Source: Thermodesulfovibrionales bacterium
Lineage (GTDB): Bacteria; Nitrospirota; Thermodesulfovibrionia; Thermodesulfovibrionales; Dissulfurispiraceae
Assembly (NCBI GenBank): GCA_041653575.1
Contig: JBAZFD010000001.1
Location: forward strand, 1 to 26,612
Direction of reading: 5' to 3'
DNA length: 26,612 bases
Shown here: in pieces, positions 9,274-15,529 of the stretch
Position numbering within the stretch: the stretch's first letter is position 1
How the letters are laid out: each line of letters begins with the position of its first letter
Notes under the pieces: generated by a model
Told to the model about the DNA's origin: nothing
Seen by the model: only the letters and a program-made list of their open reading frames with translations
Database searches by the model: none
Made by a program: the position numbers and the translations under genes

Positions 9274-9418
9274 AAAACTCTCCCTCCCTGCTGCCTATGG
9301 CAGCCTCCTTCTCTATCCGGCAGAGAAGATACTTCACCAGCACCTGCCGCTCTTTCAGGGGGATATCCAGGTAGATAGGAGACTCCAGAAGGACGCTGAT
9401 GATGTCTTCCCTATCCAT
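9263..9418 (-). CDS. Unannotated 51-aa small protein between mraZ and rsmH (MDREDIISVLLESPIYLDIPLKERQVLVKYLLCRIEKEAAIGSREGEFYES)
   Basis: ATG 9418 with GGAG 5 nt upstream, directly after the mraZ TAA; open for 52 codons to TGA 9265-9263; overlaps the rsmH start by 11 nt and fills the whole intergenic gap. Below the 60-aa ORF-track cutoff. Confidence 0.7.
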   Translation of the reverse strand: MDREDIISVLLESPIYLDIPLKERQVLVKYLLCRIEKEAAIGSREGEFYES

Positions 9419-9427
9419 TCTCTCTCC

Positions 9428-9880
9428 TTATAACCCGTATCCTGCAAGAGCGGCCTCAAAGGCCTTTGCGTCAACCTTTGTCGGATCTGTCACAGCATCC
9501 CATTCCGCCCTGTTCCATATTTCTATCTTGTCCAGCTGTCCGACGATAACCAGATCGCCGGATATCCCTGCGTCCTGCCTCAGCTCATAGGGGACCATGA
9601 ACCTTCCCTGCTTGTCAGCCTCACATTCCTGGGCTGAGGCTATAACCCTCCTGAGGTAGAACTTAACTGCCGGATCGGACTTGGGCAGGGCCCTGATCCG
9701 CTCCTCCTGCCTGCCCCACTCCTCAAAAGGATAGACATGGAGGCACTTGTCAAAAGGGGCATTTGTGATATATAGTCGTGAATCGTTGTACTGGGCCAGA
9801 GCATTGCGCAGGGGGGCAGGGATGATGAGCCTCCCCTTCGGGTCCAGAGTGTAGTAATATTTTCCGAGGAAGGACGGCAA
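9428..9880 (-). CDS. mraZ: Division/cell wall cluster transcriptional repressor MraZ
   Basis: Two AbrB-like repeats (LDPKGRLIIP...LR; DKQGRFMVP.ELR), VIVGQLDKIEIWN; TTG start with GGAGG upstream; heads the dcw cluster. Confidence 0.97.
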   Translation of the reverse strand: MPSFLGKYYYTLDPKGRLIIPAPLRNALAQYNDSRLYITNAPFDKCLHVYPFEEWGRQEERIRALPKSDPAVKFYLRRVIASAQECEADKQGRFMVPYELRQDAGISGDLVIVGQLDKIEIWNRAEWDAVTDPTKVDAKAFEAALAGYGL

Positions 9881-9890
9881 TGCTGATCCT

Positions 9891-9916
9891 CCACTTTATG
9901 GCACTTTTTTCCACTT
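9891..9916 (-). promoter_or_regulatory. MraZ-binding direct repeats
   Basis: AAGTGG / AAGTGC / AAGTGG on the minus strand at an exact 10-bp period (9911, 9901, 9891), between promoter and RBS. Matches the known GTGG/TGGG three-repeat MraZ operators. Confidence 0.8.
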
Positions 9917-9918
9917 CA

Positions 9919-9948
9919 ATCTTAGGGATTGAGAAGGCGGGTTGTCAA
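9919..9948 (-). promoter_or_regulatory. sigma70-type promoter of the dcw operon
   Basis: TTGACA (9948-9943) - 18 nt - TAAGAT (9924-9919). Confidence 0.7.
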
Positions 9949-10035
9949 GATTTTTTTTAGGGGAGAATACCGCCCCATATAATGTGGTCAAATTACCACT
10001 GCAATACAATATGATGTACCCTGGAGACCAAAAAG

Positions 10036-11193
10036 GTGTTTTCTGATGAGCTGGCAAAACTCCGATCTTCCTGTCTGTACAGGGAGATCCTGGACAGGGG
10101 GCCCGGCGGATCAACCAGCCGCATCCTTATAGGCGGGAAGGAGCTCATCAGCTTCGCCTCCAATGACTATCTCGGACTCAGCCACGACCCCAGGCCGGCA
10201 GAGGCTGCACGGATGGCTGCTGAAGCATACGGCTTCGGCGCAGGCTCCTCCCGTCTCCTCTCAGGCGGAACAGAGCTCCATGGGCAGCTGGAAGAGGCAA
10301 TAGCCGGATTCAAGGGGACAGAGAAGGCGCTCTGCCTCAACTCAGGGTATACCGCCAATGTGACAGCCATCCCTGCCCTTGCCGGAGCGGGAGACATGAT
10401 TTTCAGCGACGAGCTGAACCATGCCAGCATCATCGACGGCTGCCGCTTGAGCAGGGCGCAGACCGTCATCTACCGGCACAGGGAATGGGAACAGCTCTCA
10501 GCGCTCATGAAGGAACATCAGGGGAGAAAAACGATGGTGGTGACTGACACCGTCTTCAGCATGGACGGCGACATAGCCCCCCTGAGAGAGATCAATGAGC
10601 TCTGCCGCACCCATAGGGCGCTCTTCTACCTTGATGACGCCCACGGCACAGGTGTCCTGGCGGAAGGGAAAGGAGCCCTGGCGCACGCGGGCCTTCAGCC
10701 TGAGCCGCACATCATCCAGATGGGCACCTTTTCCAAGGCCCTGGGCTCCTTCGGCGGCTTTATTGCAGCAGAGGAAAGGATCATCCAATGGCTTGTGAAC
10801 ACAGGAAGGGGTTTTATCTACTCCACCGCCCTCCCTGCGCCGGTCGTCGCAGCATCCCTGAAGGCCTTGAGGATCATCATGGATGATCCCTCTGTGGTGA
10901 AAGGGCTCTGGCGGAAGAGGGCAATGCTCATGGAGGGGATCAGCAACCTCGGGTTTGAGACCCTAAGCACGGAGAGCCCCATAATCCCCCTTGTCCTTCC
11001 CGAACAGAGAGAGAACCCCGGAGACCCTACTGTGACCATTGCCTTTTCCCGACGGCTCAGGGATCTCGGGCTCTACGCGCCCTGCATCAGACCGCCCACG
11101 GTCAGACTGCCGATGATCAGGATATCCGTCACAGCAGCCCACAGAGAGGAGGATATCAGAGCCCTCCTGCAGGGCCTCTCATTTGCGAAATAG
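10036..11193 (+). CDS. bioF: 8-amino-7-oxononanoate synthase (PLP class II aminotransferase family)
   Basis: FASNDYLGL, GAGSSRLLSG, SGYTAN, SDELNHASIIDG, VFSMDGD, DDAHG, GTFSKALG (PLP Lys), IRPPTV, RISVTAAH. Confidence 0.9.
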   Translation: MFSDELAKLRSSCLYREILDRGPGGSTSRILIGGKELISFASNDYLGLSHDPRPAEAARMAAEAYGFGAGSSRLLSGGTELHGQLEEAIAGFKGTEKALCLNSGYTANVTAIPALAGAGDMIFSDELNHASIIDGCRLSRAQTVIYRHREWEQLSALMKEHQGRKTMVVTDTVFSMDGDIAPLREINELCRTHRALFYLDDAHGTGVLAEGKGALAHAGLQPEPHIIQMGTFSKALGSFGGFIAAEERIIQWLVNTGRGFIYSTALPAPVVAASLKALRIIMDDPSVVKGLWRKRAMLMEGISNLGFETLSTESPIIPLVLPEQRENPGDPTVTIAFSRRLRDLGLYAPCIRPPTVRLPMIRISVTAAHREEDIRALLQGLSFAK

Positions 11194-11211
11194 GGTTGTT
11201 TCTGGTATATT
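11183..11211 (+). promoter_or_regulatory. sigma70-type promoter for gpsA overlapping the bioF 3' end
   Basis: TTGCGA (11183-11188) - 17 nt ending in TGG - TATATT (11206-11211); extended -10. Confidence 0.6.
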
Positions 11212-11249
11212 CTTGTGTCAAAACCCTGAGTCCTCAAAGGAGAAGACCG

Positions 11250-12260
11250 CTGAAACAGTTTAGCAACTACATCTCCGTCATCGGAGCCGGAAGCTGGGGA
11301 ACGGCCCTTGCAGCCCTCCTTGCAGAAAAGGGGTACGATGTGGCAATCTGGGCCCGGCAGGCTGATCTCGCCCATGAGATCAACAAGGAAGGGACCAACA
11401 GCCTCTACCTTCCGGGGGTCAGGCTCCCTTCTTCCCTGAAGGCAACGCCCTACCTCAAAAAGGCTGTAACAGGCGCGCGGTACATCCTCAGTGCCGTCCC
11501 CACCCAGTATATCAGGTCCGTTTTCGGACCGGTATCGGACAATCTGAGATCCGATGCAGTTGTTATCAGCGCATCCAAGGGAATAGAGATCGACACCCTC
11601 ATGACGCCGTCCATGATCCTGAAAGAGATCCTCAACAGGCCTGTCTCCGTCCTCTCAGGCCCCAGCTTCGCCGGGGAGATGGCGGGAAAGCTCCCCACAG
11701 CAGTCACCCTGGCGGCAGAAGAGAGAAAGACAGGGCTCATCCTCCAGGAGATCTTTGACTCGGACTACTTCAGGGTCTACACCCATGACGACATGACAGG
11801 CGTGGAGATGGGAGGAGCCTTGAAAAACGTCATCGCCATTGCAGCGGGCATCTCTGAAGGCCTCGGCCTGGGCAACAACTCCAGGGCGGCGCTTATCACG
11901 CGGGGCCTCTCAGAAATCAGGAGGCTCGGCCTCAGCATGGGCGCCCACGAGGTCACCTTTTCCGGCCTGAGCGGCCTCGGGGACCTTGTCCTCACCTGCA
12001 CAGCCCACCTGTCGAGAAACTACACCGTAGGCTACAAGCTGGGACAGGGAATGAGCATTGCAGAGATCACCGGCCAGACGAGGTCTGTGGCAGAAGGCGT
12101 AACCACCACCCTTTCGGCCCACCAGCTCTCGCGGAGACAGAACATAGACATGCCCATCACCGAGCAGGTCTACCTCACCCTTTATGAAGGGAAATCCCCC
12201 CGGGAGGCGGTGAGAGACCTCATGACCCGCTCCCTCAAATCGGAGTTCTACAGTTATTAA
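11250..12260 (+). CDS. gpsA: NAD(P)H-dependent glycerol-3-phosphate dehydrogenase
   Basis: VIGAGSWGTALA, SKGIE, LSGPSFA, GGALKNVIAIAAG, GLGDLVLTC, SRN, AEGV, MPITEQV. Start placed at CTG 11250 (SD AAGGAG 7 nt upstream); the ORF track uses TTG 11196. Confidence 0.95.
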   Translation: MKQFSNYISVIGAGSWGTALAALLAEKGYDVAIWARQADLAHEINKEGTNSLYLPGVRLPSSLKATPYLKKAVTGARYILSAVPTQYIRSVFGPVSDNLRSDAVVISASKGIEIDTLMTPSMILKEILNRPVSVLSGPSFAGEMAGKLPTAVTLAAEERKTGLILQEIFDSDYFRVYTHDDMTGVEMGGALKNVIAIAAGISEGLGLGNNSRAALITRGLSEIRRLGLSMGAHEVTFSGLSGLGDLVLTCTAHLSRNYTVGYKLGQGMSIAEITGQTRSVAEGVTTTLSAHQLSRRQNIDMPITEQVYLTLYEGKSPREAVRDLMTRSLKSEFYSY

Positions 12261-12297
12261 AAAAGGGAGGGCCTGGGCCCTCCCTTTTTTAATAACT
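12252..12297. terminator. Bidirectional rho-independent terminator
   Basis: Perfect 21-bp inverted repeat AGTTATTAAAAAAGGGAGGGC-ctgg-GCCCTCCCTTTTTTAATAACT with T6 tracts on both strands, between convergent genes. Confidence 0.92.
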
Positions 12298-12309
12298 ATC
12301 GGCTGACGG

Positions 12310-12642
12310 CTAAAAATCCGGGAACATCTTGAGGGAAAGGTCCTTGCCGTCGCTGGTCTTTGCCTGGGCCGTGAGTATCCCTCCCTCCACATACTGGAGC
12401 TTGAAGTTCGTATATCCTGTCCGGACCACTCCCATGGCATCGGCAGGGCAGCCTCCCTCGCAGCCCGCTATCCCCCGCACCAGCTTGGGGAGGAGACCCT
12501 TCACATCCAGCCCCTGGAGGGATGCCCCCCTCTCCGACACAAACCCCTCTATCTGCCGCTCAATCGCCTCTGCGTCCAGTTTGAAGGGGTTGGTGATAGG
12601 AATGGACAAAGAATCCTTGTCAAGACTCACATCGAGTTCCAT
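12310..12642 (-). CDS. Hypothetical 110-aa protein with a CxxxC (GCEGGCP) motif
   Basis: SD GGGAGG, own promoter, convergent terminator, globular-looking composition; no family recognised. Confidence 0.8.
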   Translation of the reverse strand: MELDVSLDKDSLSIPITNPFKLDAEAIERQIEGFVSERGASLQGLDVKGLLPKLVRGIAGCEGGCPADAMGVVRTGYTNFKLQYVEGGILTAQAKTSDGKDLSLKMFPDF

Positions 12643-12727
12643 GGGTTGCCTCCCGTTGTTTGTTTTGGATTCTGCTGATAATGGATCGGAATGATCATTT
12701 ATGCAGATTGTTCAGTGCTTCAGAAAG

Positions 12728-12756
12728 ATTTTAACCGATTAACGGGAAATACTCAA
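12728..12756 (-). promoter_or_regulatory. sigma70-type promoter for the 110-aa gene
   Basis: TTGAGT (12756-12751) - 17 nt - TAAAAT (12733-12728). Confidence 0.6.
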
Positions 12757-12776
12757 GCTGCCGCCAACGAGGAACA

Positions 12777-12806
12777 TTGAAGGCATCAGGCCTGAACTGG
12801 TATCAT
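12777..12806 (+). promoter_or_regulatory. Extended -10 promoter for the HD gene (probably leaderless)
   Basis: TTGAAG (12777-12782) - 18 nt ending in TGG - TATCAT (12801-12806); ATG follows 8 nt later with no SD. Confidence 0.55.
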
Positions 12807-12814
12807 TTCTGTCT

Positions 12815-13399
12815 ATGATCAGAATAGCCAACTTTCTCTTCGAGGCGGGGATGCTCAAGAGGACTCCCCGGTCCGGGTTCCAGTTCCTCGGCTCAGGCGC
12901 CGAGTCCGTGGCAGAGCACATCTTCAGGACCGTTTACATAGGGTACGCCCTTGGCCGCCTCGCCGAGGGTGTGGACACCGACAGGCTCATCAAGCTCTGC
13001 CTCTTCCACGACCTCCCGGAGGCCAGGACAGGGGACCTGAACTACGTGAACAAGAAGTACGTGAAGGCAGACGAAATGAAGGCTGTTGATGACCTCACCG
13101 AGCCCCTCCCCTTCGGCGCAGAGATCAAAGAGCTCATTATGGAGTACGAAGAGGGCAAGACCCTGGAGTCCCAACTGGCTCATGACGCAGACCAGCTGGA
13201 GATGATCCTGGCGCTCAAGGAATGCAAGGACCTGGGGAACAAGTACGCAGACGAATGGCTTGAGTTCGCCCTCAGGAGACTCAGGACGGATATCGCCAAA
13301 GATATGGCAACCAGCATCCTTGAAACGGACTCCTCCCTCTGGTGGTTCTCGGACAAGAGCGACTGGTGGGTCAGCGGAGGGAAGAAAAGGCCGGAATGA
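12815..13399 (+). CDS. HD-domain phosphohydrolase (YfbR/HDDC2-like 5'-deoxynucleotidase family)
   Basis: LKRTPRSG, ESVAEH, LFHDLPEARTGD, HDADQLE metal-binding motifs. Confidence 0.88.
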   Translation: MIRIANFLFEAGMLKRTPRSGFQFLGSGAESVAEHIFRTVYIGYALGRLAEGVDTDRLIKLCLFHDLPEARTGDLNYVNKKYVKADEMKAVDDLTEPLPFGAEIKELIMEYEEGKTLESQLAHDADQLEMILALKECKDLGNKYADEWLEFALRRLRTDIAKDMATSILETDSSLWWFSDKSDWWVSGGKKRPE

Positions 13400-13641
13400 T
13401 ACACATAACCTTCTACTACAAGCCGGGCTGCTGGTTCTGCGACATGGCCGAGGATACCCTCAATGGCCTTGAGGAGAAATATTCCCTCGTGGTGACAAAG
13501 GTAGACATCACCACCGACGACGACCTCTACGAGCTCTACAGATTCGACATCCCCGTCTTCGAGTTCAAAGACGGCTCAGCCCTCCACGGCAGGATAAAGA
13601 AAAAGGATCTGCTCCAGAAGCTGATGGAGAACGAGGAGTAA
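13396..13641 (+). CDS. Glutaredoxin-like protein (DUF836 type)
   Basis: YYKPGCWFC active site, VDIT, YRFDIPV (cis-Pro); ATGA overlap with the HD gene stop; 81 aa from ATG 13396. Confidence 0.88.
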   Translation: MIHITFYYKPGCWFCDMAEDTLNGLEEKYSLVVTKVDITTDDDLYELYRFDIPVFEFKDGSALHGRIKKKDLLQKLMENEE

Positions 13642-13672
13642 TATAATCTCCCGCGCTCACAGACAAGCCTCC

Positions 13673-13858
13673 TCAGCTCTTCACTGTCAAAAAATATATA
13701 ATGGCACAAAAAATTATCAGTTCTATGAATAAATAGAGGAACCACTTGCCAGTGCCGAGCCTCTGACGCAGTGTGGTGTATGACCAGGCTTTTGACATAA
13801 ATCCCAAAATGACAAAAAGGATCACCGCCAAAATTGCGAGAATTGATTCCAGGCTCAT
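13673..13858 (-). CDS. Small two-TM membrane protein (61 aa)
   Basis: Two hydrophobic segments flanking a basic linker; GAGG 5 nt upstream of the ATG; AT-rich. Confidence 0.6.
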   Translation of the reverse strand: MSLESILAILAVILFVILGFMSKAWSYTTLRQRLGTGKWFLYLFIELIIFCAIIYFLTVKS

Positions 13859-13893
13859 CTTTGCCTCATCACACCGCTTTGAGTTTCATCCCC

Positions 13894-14133
13894 TCATTTA
13901 CTGCCCATCATAAAAATTAAGAATAAAATAAAGGAACTAGTGCCGATTATCGCCATTGTTATATCAAAGGAATCAACTTTTATTTGACGCCACTTTTCAT
14001 AAACGTCATGGCCAAAGAGAGGAATGTCTCCCTTGATGATTCGTCTGATTTGTATTGCTGAAAGAGAGACCGCAGCAATAGCGCCAAAAAGACCATCGAG
14101 AATAGCGGCAATTTCCTTATGTGTGGTCAACAT
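13894..14133 (-). CDS. Small two-TM membrane protein (79 aa)
   Basis: Hydrophobic N- and C-terminal segments; ATG 14133 lies just downstream of a near-consensus promoter. The ORF-track TTG at 14172 is that promoter's -35 box. Confidence 0.6.
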   Translation of the reverse strand: MLTTHKEIAAILDGLFGAIAAVSLSAIQIRRIIKGDIPLFGHDVYEKWRQIKVDSFDITMAIIGTSSFILFLIFMMGSK

Positions 14134-14143
14134 GGCTAACGAA

Positions 14144-14172
14144 AGTATAGAAGGCAATAGGGGTGAAGTCAA
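14144..14172 (-). promoter_or_regulatory. Near-consensus sigma70 promoter for the AT-rich islet
   Basis: TTGACT (14172-14167) - 17 nt - TATACT (14149-14144). Confidence 0.8.
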
Positions 14173-14209
14173 GAAAGGGCCTTGAAAATGCCAAAAAGAT
14201 CAGGCAATT

Positions 14210-14236
14210 GAGGTAGGGGGCATAGCCCCCTACCTC
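14210..14236 (-). terminator. Terminator-like hairpin downstream of icd
   Basis: 12-bp perfect stem GAGGTAGGGGGC-ata-GCCCCCTACCTC 10 nt after the icd stop; U-tract is weak. Confidence 0.7.
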
Positions 14237-14245
14237 GCGGAAAGA

Positions 14246-15466
14246 TCAGACCAGGGAAATCGCCTTTTTCAGGCCGTCGGCAACGGCATCTATGAAGCCT
14301 TCGGTGCTTGCGTACTCGGTTATGCGGGGCTCGGCTATGAGCATCAGGTCCTTGGTCATCACGCCTGACTCAACGGTCTTTATCACCACGAGCTCAAGAA
14401 GCTTGGCGAACTTCACCACTTCAGGGGTGTTGTCCAGCTCTCCCCTCTTGGCAAGGGCGCCTGTCCAGGCGAAGATGGAGGCTATGGAGTTGGTAGAGGT
14501 GGGATTGCCCTTGAGGTGCTCGTAGTAGTGCCTCATCACCGTGCCGTGGGCGGCCTCGAACTCGTACTTCCCATCGGGGGAGACGAGGACAGAGGTCATG
14601 AGACCGAGGCTGCCGAAGCCCGTGGCCACCATGTCCGACATCACGTCGCCGTCGTAGTTCATGCAGGCCCACATCATCCCGCCCTCTGACTTGACCACCT
14701 GGGCCACGGCATCATCAATGAGGAGGTACCGGTACTGGATGCCCGCCTCCTTGAGCCTCTCCTTCTCCTTTTCCACCTCTTCGGCGAAGACGTCCCTGAA
14801 GAAGCCGTGGTACTGCTTGGAAATGGTGTCCTTCGCGCCGAACCAGAGGTCCACCTTCTCGCTGATGGCGTAGTTGATGCAGGACTGGGCAAAGCTCCTG
14901 ATGGACTTCTCTGTGTTGTGCATCCCCATGACAACCCCTGCGCCCTTGAACTCATGGATCTTCAGGACCTTTTTCTCACCGCCGCCCTGGGGGGTGAATA
15001 CGATCTCTGCCGTGCCCGGCCCGTCGATGATGCACTCAACGGCCTTGTAGATGTCACCGTAGGCGTGACGGCCTATGAGGATAGGCTTCTTCCAGAAACG
15101 GACAGCAGGAGGGATGTTCTTTATGATGATCGGCTTCCTGAAGACCGTGCCGTCAAGGATGGACCTGATCGTGCCGTTGGGGCTGGGCCACTGCTTCTTG
15201 AGATCGTACTCCTTCACCCTGGCGGCATTGGGTGTGATGGTGGCGCACTTCACGCCCACGCCGTGCTCCTTTATGGCGTTGGCCGCATCCACCGTAACCT
15301 GATCGTCGGTATCGTCCCTGTGCTTCATGCCCAGGTCATAGTATTTCAGGTCAACGTCAACAAAGGGGAGGATGAGCCTCTCCTTGATGAGCTGCCAGAT
15401 GATGCGGGTCATTTCGTCGCCGTCCATCTCCACGATGGGGTTCGTCACTCTGATTTTATCGGACAC
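14246..15466 (-). CDS. icd: NADP-dependent isocitrate dehydrogenase
   Basis: [57 protein letters not shown]. Start placed at GTG 15466 (SD GAGGAG); the ORF track starts at 15484. Confidence 0.97.
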   Translation of the reverse strand: MSDKIRVTNPIVEMDGDEMTRIIWQLIKERLILPFVDVDLKYYDLGMKHRDDTDDQVTVDAANAIKEHGVGVKCATITPNAARVKEYDLKKQWPSPNGTIRSILDGTVFRKPIIIKNIPPAVRFWKKPILIGRHAYGDIYKAVECIIDGPGTAEIVFTPQGGGEKKVLKIHEFKGAGVVMGMHNTEKSIRSFAQSCINYAISEKVDLWFGAKDTISKQYHGFFRDVFAEEVEKEKERLKEAGIQYRYLLIDDAVAQVVKSEGGMMWACMNYDGDVMSDMVATGFGSLGLMTSVLVSPDGKYEFEAAHGTVMRHYYEHLKGNPTSTNSIASIFAWTGALAKRGELDNTPEVVKFAKLLELVVIKTVESGVMTKDLMLIAEPRITEYASTEGFIDAVADGLKKAISLV

Positions 15467-15499
15467 GTCTCCTCCTCGATGCAAAAAAGTGTGAATGCT

Positions 15500-15529
15500 A
15501 ATTTAGCGTGAGGGGGAGTTTGTTGTCAA
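15500..15529 (-). promoter_or_regulatory. sigma70-type promoter for icd
   Basis: TTGACA (15529-15524) - 18 nt - TAAATT (15505-15500). Confidence 0.55.

Noticed and set aside
9984-9999. GTGGT-N6-ACCAC as a BirA biotin operator for bioF
   Set aside because: Does not match the TGTAAACC-N14-16-GGTTTACA-type BirA consensus; arms are only 5 bp.
11196-11249. ORF-track N-terminal extension of gpsA from TTG 11196
   Set aside because: No SD, lies within the predicted gpsA promoter, and adds 18 residues atypical of GpsA.
14134-14172. ORF-track TTG start at 14172 for the 92-aa ORF
   Set aside because: The TTG is the -35 box of a near-consensus promoter; ATG 14133 is more plausible.
14807-15511. 234-aa plus-strand ORF
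   Set aside because: Antisense shadow of high-GC3 icd; no motif or RBS.
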